From positions 1,080 to 65,079 of the forward strand of contig DASRGI010000263.1 in the NCBI GenBank assembly GCA_035651095.1: DNA of 64,000 nt, written 5' to 3'. Position 1 is the stretch's first letter. Each line of letters opens with the position of its first letter. Source of the stretch: Acidimicrobiales bacterium (GTDB taxonomy: Bacteria; Actinomycetota; Acidimicrobiia; Acidimicrobiales; JAUTXP01). The notes beneath the pieces were generated by a model, which saw only the letters and a list, made by a program, of their open reading frames with translations, was not told the DNA's origin and did not search any database. Positions 29,091 through 36,805 of the stretch are shown piece by piece. The translations under genes were made by a program, and so were the position numbers.

Positions 29091-29827
29091 TGGCTCTCCT
29101 GGAGGCAGAGAACCTCGCCGTCTTCTACGGGCCTGTCCAGGCACTCCGGGGTGTAACTCTGCACGTCAACGAAGGCGAAATGGTGGCGCTTGTCGGCGCC
29201 AACGGGGCAGGAAAGACCACCACGCTCCGGACGCTTTCCGGGATGCTGGCGCCGAGGATGGGGACGATCACGTTCGATGGGGCACGAATCGACGGGGTGC
29301 CTCCGTTCGGTGTCGTCGAACGGGGCTTGGCCCATGTGCCCGAGGGCCGCGAACTGTTCTCGGCGATGACCGTAGAGGAGAACCTTCGCCTGGGGTTCTA
29401 TTCGAAGCGGAAGGCCAAGGACTTTGAGGCGCGCGCAGAGGAGGTCATGGGCCACTTCCCCATCCTTCAGGAGCGGGCGTCGCAGGCCGCAGGCACGCTG
29501 TCGGGTGGGGAGCAGCAAATGCTTGTGGTGGCTCGAGCATTGATGTCCGCGCCGCGGCTCTTGCTGGTCGACGAGCTCTCCCTCGGCTTGGCCCCGAAGA
29601 TCGTGACTCAGTTGTTCGACATCTTGCGCGCCGTCAACGAGCGAGGAACGGCCGTGGTGCTGGTAGAGCAGTTCGTGCACATGGCCCTGGGGAACACCGA
29701 CCGCGCGTATGTGCTCCAGAAGGGCGAGGTCGTGGTTGAGGGCCGCAGCCAGGACCTGCTTCACGACGAGTCCCTTGTGGCCTCGTACCTCGGCGAAGCA
29801 GAGATGGCGTCACACAACAGCAGGTGA
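29090..29827 (+). CDS. ABC transporter ATP-binding protein (LivF-like)
   Basis: 245 aa. Motifs GANGAGKTT, LSGGEQQML, LLLVDELSLGL. The ATG overlaps the upstream TGA by 1 nt. Confidence 0.9.
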   Translation: MALLEAENLAVFYGPVQALRGVTLHVNEGEMVALVGANGAGKTTTLRTLSGMLAPRMGTITFDGARIDGVPPFGVVERGLAHVPEGRELFSAMTVEENLRLGFYSKRKAKDFEARAEEVMGHFPILQERASQAAGTLSGGEQQMLVVARALMSAPRLLLVDELSLGLAPKIVTQLFDILRAVNERGTAVVLVEQFVHMALGNTDRAYVLQKGEVVVEGRSQDLLHDESLVASYLGEAEMASHNSR

Positions 29828-30233
29828 CTCTGACAGTTCGCCGCCGTGGACGGCGCGAACCAGAGGTCAGGGGTCGCAGGGGCGGCAACTCGGCCGCAAT
29901 CGATGCTGTCCAGACGTTCGAACGCGCCGCTTGAGGCCTCTTCGCGTCGCAGTCGGGGAGCGGTAGGTGGGGACAGGGATCCACCGCGCCGAGCACGGGC
30001 GCGCCGTCCTCACGGCGCTGGACGGTGGAGAGAGCCCTGCGAGCACTTCGACGCCCTGGTGGTGTCGAAGTGCTGTGTCGGCGCCTGCCGCCAGGTCAGC
30101 GAACCGGCCTGCCGTGTCGAACGTGGCCGAGGAGCTCGGGTGTGCTCATGGACTCATGGACGATGAAAGACGATGTGATCGAACGTGTCCGTGATGGCAC
30201 ACCACATCCGTCCGGGATGGTCTGAGACCACAG

Positions 30234-30462
30234 TGGTACGCCCGACGGGATTCGAACCCGCACCTTGCGGAGTACAAGTCCGCTGCTCTTAAGGCGGCAG
30301 TACGTAGCGCTCGGCAAGAGTAACGGCATGGCTAAATCCGTGCCATTGTGGCGTTCCTACACCGGGTGTTCCGTAGCACCGAGTGCAGGACCGTCCTCCC
30401 GATCCTGACTTGCCTTCACAACTACGCCTACGCCGCCCGTTGACCGATTGAGCTACAGGCGC
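30234..30462 (-). tRNA. tRNA-Thr(UGU)-like gene interrupted by a 152-nt insertion in the D loop (possibly a pseudogene)
   Basis: Minus sense reads GCGCCTG-TA-GCTC-AATCGGTCA-[152 nt]-GAGC-A-GCGGA-CTTGTAC-TCCGC-AAGGT-GCGGG-TTCGAAT-CCCGT-CGGGCGT-A-CCA. All four stems pair; the acceptor has 5 Watson-Crick and 2 G-U pairs. Confidence 0.6.
30289..30440 (-). other. 152-nt structured insertion inside the tRNA D loop (MITE-like element, small intron or RNA domain; nature unknown)
   Basis: The ends form an imperfect helix of about 14 bp (GGCGGC-GTA-GG-CGTAG with CTACG-TAC-T-GCCGCC). Internal hairpins: GGCAAG/CTTGCC, CAGGA/TCCTG, ATGGC/GCCAT. Flanked by TCAA and TTAA. Confidence 0.5.
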
Positions 30463-30931
30463 ATGTCTTACTGCAATTGGTGGGCCGCTCCGGTCGGCCC
30501 CGCTGGTGGATAGGTCCTCGATGCTCCTCACCGGAAGTATCGCTGTGTCTGCTCTGTACTACGTCGCCGCCGTGCTGTCGTGTCACGAATTGTTGTGGCG
30601 GCTCGGAGTTGAGCGGGTGCTTGGCATCGCTGGCCGATAGGCGACCGCAACTTGCCCCGGTCGGACATGACCATGCTGTTGACGCGATCCGCTCCGGCGG
30701 CCACATCGATGCGATCCGCAAGGCGTCGAGCACGTGCTCCGGGCGATCATCGACACAAAGGCGACCGAGCCCATGGAGCCGTGGACGATCGCACGCGCAC
30801 GGCCTGGTCAATGGCACCCGACGACCGGCTGCTGAGGACAAAGGCCGGATGACCCCTCGGAGGATCGCAGCCGACGGCACTTCTTCGCCACGACGCTGGG
30901 CGTCATCCTCGCACTCCGGCAGGACACGCCC

Positions 30932-32206
30932 TCACCCCCGAACGACAGGGTGCTCCATTGGGGGCGCGAATGTCTTCGCCCGGTGGAGACCCACGAAGCG
31001 GCCATAGGCATCGAGGTCGAGGTGGCCTGCGCCGGTGACCAGGGCCACGATCGACCGACGTGCCCCGCCCGCCTCCTCCGCCTTCCGGATGGCGGCCAGG
31101 AGCGTGTAGGTGGACTCTGGCGAAATCACGAGGCCTTGGAGACGTGCCAGGCGCAGGCCCGCCTGCATTGCCTCGCCCTCGTCATAGGCCTCGGCCTGCA
31201 CGCGACCGACGTGGACCTGGGCCGAAACCAGCGGGGAAGCAGCGTGGTAGCGCAGGCCGGAGGCGTGCATCGACGGGGGCCGAAAGTCGTAACCCAGTGA
31301 GTACATCTTGATCGGCGCCGCATCGCCCTCTCCGTCGGGATAATCGAAGTCGTACTTCCCGGCGGTGAGGGTGGGTATCGAGGTGGACTCCACAGCCACG
31401 ATCTCCGAACTCGGGTAGGCGTCGAGCAACGGAAACGCGAACCCGCCGAACGAGCTCCCGCCACCCACACAGCCGATGGCAACGTCGGGTTCAACACCGG
31501 CAGCCCGAAGCTGTGCAACCGTCTCCAGCCCGATCAAGCTGGCGTAGAGGAGGGTGAAGTCGAGCAGGCTGCCGGCGATGTTCATGCCTCCTGGGCGCGA
31601 CCGCAGCACATCGAACACCTCAGAGGTAGCAATGGCGATGGAGCCACTGTGCTCGCCTCGCTCGAGGAATCGGCGGCCTGCGGCGGTGGTGTCCGAAGGA
31701 GACGGGTGCACGACTGCGCCGTAGGCCTCCATCAACCGGCGCCGGAGCGGCTTGTCGTCGTGGCTGCTGCGGACCATGAAGATCTCGCACTCCAGCCCAG
31801 CGATGCAGCTGGCCAATGCCGCCGCCACACCGGTCTGGCCGGCGCCCGTCTCGGTGACGACGCTGTTCCGCCCTTCCTGGGCTCCGTAGTACGCCTGGGG
31901 AAGCGCGGAGGTGATCTTGAAGCTTCCGTTGGGGAGCAGGTCCTCGCGCTTCAGCCAGATCTCGCAGTTGGTACCGAGGTCACGCTCCAGGGCGGTAGCC
32001 CGCACGAGGGGGGTTGGCCGACCGACCTCGGCATAGCGTTGCCGGAGTCCGTCCGGGATGGCGATGGTGCGGTCGGTGGATTGTCCATGGGCGATGACCT
32101 GCTCGGGGTAGAGCCAACCGGCGTCGTCCGGGCGTTCATACTGATAGATCTCAGCTAACTGTTCGCGGGCGAAAAGCGACCGGGGGTTGAACCAGCGGTC
32201 GCTCAC
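30932..32206 (-). CDS. TrpB-like pyridoxal-phosphate-dependent enzyme (tryptophan synthase beta-like, type 2 family)
   Basis: Track ORF 30932..32251. GTG 32206 overlaps the upstream TGA (GTGA). PLP lysine context KREDLLPNGSFKITSAL. Phosphate loop GCVGGGSSFGG. Confidence 0.8.
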   Translation of the reverse strand: MSDRWFNPRSLFAREQLAEIYQYERPDDAGWLYPEQVIAHGQSTDRTIAIPDGLRQRYAEVGRPTPLVRATALERDLGTNCEIWLKREDLLPNGSFKITSALPQAYYGAQEGRNSVVTETGAGQTGVAAALASCIAGLECEIFMVRSSHDDKPLRRRLMEAYGAVVHPSPSDTTAAGRRFLERGEHSGSIAIATSEVFDVLRSRPGGMNIAGSLLDFTLLYASLIGLETVAQLRAAGVEPDVAIGCVGGGSSFGGFAFPLLDAYPSSEIVAVESTSIPTLTAGKYDFDYPDGEGDAAPIKMYSLGYDFRPPSMHASGLRYHAASPLVSAQVHVGRVQAEAYDEGEAMQAGLRLARLQGLVISPESTYTLLAAIRKAEEAGGARRSIVALVTGAGHLDLDAYGRFVGLHRAKTFAPPMEHPVVRG

Positions 32207-34893
32207 GTCGGCTCCTCGGGGCTGCAGGCGTCGCGGCATTGTTCGATGCAAAAGGCGTGCAACTCGTCGGTGGCCGCCCCGACAGTTCGGAACCTCCAGT
32301 TGTAGATCGTCTCGACCACATCTGTGGCGGCCGTCACTCGATCGAGGATCGGCTCACCCTCAACCGTGGTGACCAGGGCGCCGGCTTCCTCGGCGATGGT
32401 GGCGGCGGCCAGCACGTCGACTGTCTTGGCCGTATTGCTGAGGTCAACGAAAAGGCCAATGTTCCCGGTCGCCAAACAGCAGAGATCGAGAGCCGCACAG
32501 CCCATGGCCCGGAAGCTCGAGACCGCCCCAGCGACGGCCGACAGGGCGCCCAGTTCGGGCGTGGTACGCGAGAGGCCAACGAAGATGACATCCATCGCGC
32601 TGAGCTGCTTGGGTGCTCCCGCCGTTATCCGGCGACCGTTGCGGAACGCCCCTCTGCCGCGGATAGCCGAGTACTGCGTGCCGGTCGCCAGGTTGAGGAC
32701 GAGGCCTCCCAATACCGAGCCGTTGTCGGCAAGGATGGCCAGGGACAGGGCGTAATAAGACAGGCCCATCTTGTAGTTCTTGGTCCCATCGATCGGGTCG
32801 AGGACGACCGTGCATCCCTCGACGCCAAGGGGGATCACTCCCGACTCTTCGCTCAGCACCTGACGCACGCCGCCATGCCGGGCGAGGATGGCGACCACCT
32901 CGCCTTCGAGGACGCTGTCAATCTCGAAGCAGCGTTCGCCGAAGGCGTTATGGATGGCGCTCGGAATGCCCAGTCGAGGGGGCTCCGCCGCGAGACGAAC
33001 GAGCCGGTCGCCCTCCTTGGACACGGCGGTGATGAGGCTGGCGGTGGCGGCGCTCGCCTGGCGGCCGGGCGGCTCGCCCTGGGAGCGGAGGGAGGCGACG
33101 GGTTTGGCTGGCTCCAATCCCACGAGCCTCCGGGACGCCGACTCGGTGTCGGTTGTGACCCCTAAGGTGCTGCCGCCTCCGCTGAGGAAGCCAATGGCAT
33201 GGGCGAGGTCGATGTTCAGCAGGTGAAGGGCGCGGTGCATAACGATCCGAGTGGCCCGTCGAGTGTCGGGATCGAGGCCGCCGAGGCGGTCGCACCGGGT
33301 GACGTTGGCCGAGAGGTCCTCCAGGTGCCGCAGGAGCGCCGCCGGATTGCGCTCGTTAGCGCTTCGGCACACGACGTCGGGGAAGGCGTTCAGTGCGAAG
33401 ATCACGTCACTGGCTGCCTCGAAGGCTTCCGGATCGTCGGGACCGATGCCACCGACCTCACTCTCGAGGTCGACCACGGTCTTTACGAGCTGACAGAACG
33501 GTCGGCGCTGCTGCTCCCACAGGGCGCTCTCGTCGTACTCGACGGCGCGCTTACGAGGTTTGGCCAGAAGGGCATACTTCAGAAATGCCACGCCGAGTTG
33601 TTCGCACGTCTCCGAGAGACTGGTGTTGACCGGTCGGCCCTCAGCGCGAAGCAGTTCGATGAAGCAGTGGTAGAAGTGGTTCAGGGCATCGTCGGCTCGG
33701 ATGCCACTGCCCTGTCGTGACGACATGGCACCTGAGGGCGTGACCACCATGCCATGGCAAATGTTCTCCTGGGGCCAATCCAGCCCCACCGCCTTGAGCA
33801 GCTCGCCGTACATGATGGCCCCGGACTCCCACTGATCGCCGAAGAGCACGATATCGGTGTCGTAATGTGCCTGCGCGTGGCGGTCGTAGTCGACACCCAG
33901 CCATTGGGTGTAGACGACAGGCGTACCGTCCGAGCGCACAACGGTGAGTTCTCCATTCTCGATGTCGGGGATGTTCATGTACACCGAGCCATCCTCCCGT
34001 CGATGAAGCTGGCGCTTCTCCACCGCCTTGGCGATGATGTCCAGCCCGGTGGCGAGCGAAGCCGACTCGAGCAGGGCGAGATCGAGATGGGTTCCGATGC
34101 GCTCGTACGTAGCCTTTATGCCTTCCTCGCACCATTCGGTGATTCGGAAGATGAGCTGACGCGTCCCCTCGTTGCCCATATGTGCCCGGCGAAGGAGGGT
34201 GACGGCTTCCTCGTCCATCTTGGCCCGCTTCTCAGCCTGGTGGAATCCGACGTAGAAGTCGGCCACGAAGTGGTCGCCCTTCATCCCGACCGACGACGGA
34301 CTTCCCCCGTCACCGGCGTGCAGGTAGCCAACCGCGGCCTGGCAAATATGAATGCCCCAGTCGCTGAGGACTGAGATGCGCGTTACGTCAGACCCTTGTG
34401 ACTCCAAAAGCCGACTGATTGCCATGCCTAGGAAGTTGGTACGCAGGTGGCCAACGTGGAGAGCCTTGTTGGCGTTCGGATTTGAGAATTTCAGGGCGAT
34501 AGTCTGCGTGACAGGGGGTGTTGCTTGTCCGTACGAGCTGCCTGCGGCAATCACGCGGGGCACAACATGGGTGCGGAGCCAGTGGTAGTCAGGACGCACG
34601 TAGATCGACGGCGGGACCGGCACCGCAGCGGCGATTCCCGGCAACGAGTTCATCTGATCAGCCAGCTCGCGGAGCCAATTACGGTCGCGAGCCCGCTCGG
34701 GCACAAGGTCGCGCATGTCGAGTTTGAACGGGCCGGGCCGACCGGGACTCGACGGAACCTGTGTCACCGTCACCGGGACGCCTGCACGACCAGTGAGGTC
34801 GGCCACGGCGGAACCGAGCACGGCATTGGCCGGTCCCGGAACGGAACGGGCGCTCCCCGGCCCGGTCGATACAGCATTACTCATCGGGTCCAA
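32203..34893 (-). CDS. arginyl-tRNA synthetase-like protein fused to a C-terminal inositol monophosphatase-family domain (896 aa)
   Basis: ArgRS signatures FSNPNANKALHVGHLRTNFLG (HIGH) and GAMSSRQGSGI (KMSKS position), plus a DALR-like region. C-terminal IMPase motifs LSEESGV, VVLDPIDGTKNY, VDVLAAATIAEEAGA. The track start 34893 is TTG; ATG 34884 is an alternative. Confidence 0.8.
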   Translation of the reverse strand: MDPMSNAVSTGPGSARSVPGPANAVLGSAVADLTGRAGVPVTVTQVPSSPGRPGPFKLDMRDLVPERARDRNWLRELADQMNSLPGIAAAVPVPPSIYVRPDYHWLRTHVVPRVIAAGSSYGQATPPVTQTIALKFSNPNANKALHVGHLRTNFLGMAISRLLESQGSDVTRISVLSDWGIHICQAAVGYLHAGDGGSPSSVGMKGDHFVADFYVGFHQAEKRAKMDEEAVTLLRRAHMGNEGTRQLIFRITEWCEEGIKATYERIGTHLDLALLESASLATGLDIIAKAVEKRQLHRREDGSVYMNIPDIENGELTVVRSDGTPVVYTQWLGVDYDRHAQAHYDTDIVLFGDQWESGAIMYGELLKAVGLDWPQENICHGMVVTPSGAMSSRQGSGIRADDALNHFYHCFIELLRAEGRPVNTSLSETCEQLGVAFLKYALLAKPRKRAVEYDESALWEQQRRPFCQLVKTVVDLESEVGGIGPDDPEAFEAASDVIFALNAFPDVVCRSANERNPAALLRHLEDLSANVTRCDRLGGLDPDTRRATRIVMHRALHLLNIDLAHAIGFLSGGGSTLGVTTDTESASRRLVGLEPAKPVASLRSQGEPPGRQASAATASLITAVSKEGDRLVRLAAEPPRLGIPSAIHNAFGERCFEIDSVLEGEVVAILARHGGVRQVLSEESGVIPLGVEGCTVVLDPIDGTKNYKMGLSYYALSLAILADNGSVLGGLVLNLATGTQYSAIRGRGAFRNGRRITAGAPKQLSAMDVIFVGLSRTTPELGALSAVAGAVSSFRAMGCAALDLCCLATGNIGLFVDLSNTAKTVDVLAAATIAEEAGALVTTVEGEPILDRVTAATDVVETIYNWRFRTVGAATDELHAFCIEQCRDACSPEEPT

Positions 34894-35345
34894 CCCCCCA
34901 TGGCGGACATGCCCCGGCTACAGGCGCTCTGCGTCGAAAGTGTACAGAGGGATTCGACGCCTGGCCATTTGGCTATACGCGATCCATTCTGGCGTGGTTG
35001 TGTATGAGATTCTCCTCCAGATCTCGGGGTCGACGCTCCTTTTACTGCGCGGATCTGACCGGGGTGTGAGGCTTCGCTCCGCCAACTTGACGGGTGTCCA
35101 GGCCGGGTAAGTTCGGAGGATGAACCCGACACGCGCCGCGCTGGCCGGATTCGCGGCATGGCGGGCTGGGTGTGGAAGACCTTGGCAGCGAGCCGACACC
35201 TTGGCGGCATGCTGCGTGGACCAGATCGTGGCCTAGCACCGGCTCGCGTCACCACCAGCCGACCGAAGCGATGAACACCTCATCAAGCGGCCCAACTAGG
35301 ACCTATTCGCCGGTGTCATACGCGGCCGAAATTCGATGCGCCCGT

Positions 35346-36386
35346 TTATCGCGAGCTACGAGGGTCGGTGAGCCACGCCCGCAGCCCGGCGTGATACCGC
35401 TCGACGTCCACCTCCATTGCGATTGCCCATCTATTGGGGGAGATGCCATCTGTTGCCTTCGGATAGTCCGTCGGGCCCGGGCGACTGTCCCAGATCGTTT
35501 TGCGGGGAAGGCTGCGGTCGGCCACCGTGGCGCCCCACGCGATGTCGCCGCCCAGATCCACGGCCAGAGGCATGACTTCCCAGTCGCAGATGGAGGGGTC
35601 GTGTACGCACCACATGGCGAGCACATCATGGGCCGGCCATACGCCTGGCCGGCCAGTTTCGAGCAGGCCGGTAGGCCAGACTGCAGAGAAGATGCGGTGC
35701 ACGAGCGCGGCGCCCGCCAGTGAGGACCTTCCCAGCGCCGCAAGCTCGACCTGTGTCAGGGCACTGGGCCGGGTAACGTCGAGTGGGACGAGACGGGGAG
35801 GTTGGCCACCGCCGAGGACGCCCGGTACCCCGAACGCCTCTACCACTTGGGCTGCTGCGGCCGGGTCGTGAGCAACGTTCGACTCGGCCGCGGGCGTGAC
35901 GTTTCCTCCGACGGCAATAGCGCCGCCCATGACCACGAGGCCAGCCAGGTTTCCCGGGAGCGCAGGATCGAGCGCCAAGGCGGCGGCGACGGTGGTGAGA
36001 GGAGCGAGCGCGACGAGGGTGAGTTCGCCCGGCGCTTCGGCGGCCCGGCGCACGATGGCCTCCGCTGCTGGCTCAGGGTCGATTGGAGAGGACGGATCCT
36101 CCAGCCCTTCGATGTTGCCAAGGCCATCACGACCCATGACCTCGTCCGCGGGGAACTCGAACGGGGCAGGTGCTGACGGTCCCTCTGCGCCGAGGTATAC
36201 AGGAACGCGTGCGCCGGCGGCGTCGAGCACGACACGCGTGTTGCGGGCGACCTGCTCGCGCCGGCAGTTCCCCCATGTGGCCACGACGCCCTCGAGTACC
36301 AAAGCCGGGTGATTGGCGGCAAGGAACAGGGCACCGGCGTCGTCCGTTCCCGTGTCGACGTCGAGCAGGACGCGTCGTGGACTCAC
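35346..36386 (-). CDS. nucleoside hydrolase (IUNH family)
   Basis: Last 346 aa of track ORF 35346..36590, from GTG 36386. N-terminal DVDTGTDDAGAL is the DxDxxxDD motif. Confidence 0.8.
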   Translation of the reverse strand: MSPRRVLLDVDTGTDDAGALFLAANHPALVLEGVVATWGNCRREQVARNTRVVLDAAGARVPVYLGAEGPSAPAPFEFPADEVMGRDGLGNIEGLEDPSSPIDPEPAAEAIVRRAAEAPGELTLVALAPLTTVAAALALDPALPGNLAGLVVMGGAIAVGGNVTPAAESNVAHDPAAAAQVVEAFGVPGVLGGGQPPRLVPLDVTRPSALTQVELAALGRSSLAGAALVHRIFSAVWPTGLLETGRPGVWPAHDVLAMWCVHDPSICDWEVMPLAVDLGGDIAWGATVADRSLPRKTIWDSRPGPTDYPKATDGISPNRWAIAMEVDVERYHAGLRAWLTDPRSSR

Positions 36387-36756
36387 GATGCCGGGATTCG
36401 TCTCGCGCTCACCGATCGAGGTCCCGCCACGCCGTCTCGGGAGACGGCAGCGATGGCCCTTGCCAGCGCCCGGACTGCATGACGCACCGTTCGCATGGAT
36501 CCGGACACTACGCCCAGGCAGTCGGCTTCCACTTTTCGCGTGGGCCGTGAGCAAGCGTCGGGATACGGGAAGTCCGGCGATGCCGGGCATGACTCACTGC
36601 CCCCCGCCACTCTGACGGCCTGGGGCGGCGCCACGACATGGTGGGTTCCGCGATGTCGGATGGGGACTGCGATCGAGTTCGTAAGGTGCATCCCGCCCTC
36701 ACTGTCTTAGCCGCACGTCGTATCGCACGTTCCCCTGGACCATGGCGAGCCGCTAT

Positions 36757-36772
36757 GTTACCGTCCAGTAAC
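36757..36772. promoter_or_regulatory. GTTAC-N6-GTAAC palindrome upstream of the acyl-CoA dehydrogenase gene (candidate operator)
   Basis: tGTTACcgtccaGTAACa, 34 nt upstream of ATG 36806. The same architecture occurs at 43304-43319, beside the TetR gene start. Confidence 0.5.
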
Positions 36773-36805
36773 AATCGTTCGTCTGCCCGTCCAGAGGTGC
36801 GCGCC

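Noticed and set aside
30428-30880. 150-aa minus-strand ORF ending in ...GQRAA.
   Set aside because: Its composition is Arg/Ser/Cys/Pro-rich and not protein-like. It has no recognisable start context, and its 3' end runs through the tRNA acceptor/D-arm sequence.
30234-30903. tmRNA (ssrA) interpretation of the T-arm/ACCA end, pairing its 3' strand with ACGCCC at 30898-30903.
   Set aside because: A canonical anticodon arm is present, which tmRNA lacks. A better acceptor partner, a D stem and a D loop start lie at 30441-30462. I found no resume codon or tag-peptide frame. The 6-bp match at 30903 is expected by chance in about 600 nt.
35241-35260. T-box-like sequence (minus sense GGTGGTGACGCG versus consensus GGTGGTACCGCG) upstream of the ArgRS-like gene.
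   Set aside because: Only 10 of 12 positions match. It lies about 350 nt upstream of the start codon with no adjacent terminator/antiterminator or SD-sequestering helix. I could not identify a specifier loop or stem I features.
19600-35340. Looked for an integrase, transposase, phage genes or flanking direct repeats to call the low-GC block a mobile element.
   Set aside because: None found by eye in any frame, so the region is reported only as compositionally atypical and not annotated as a mobile element.
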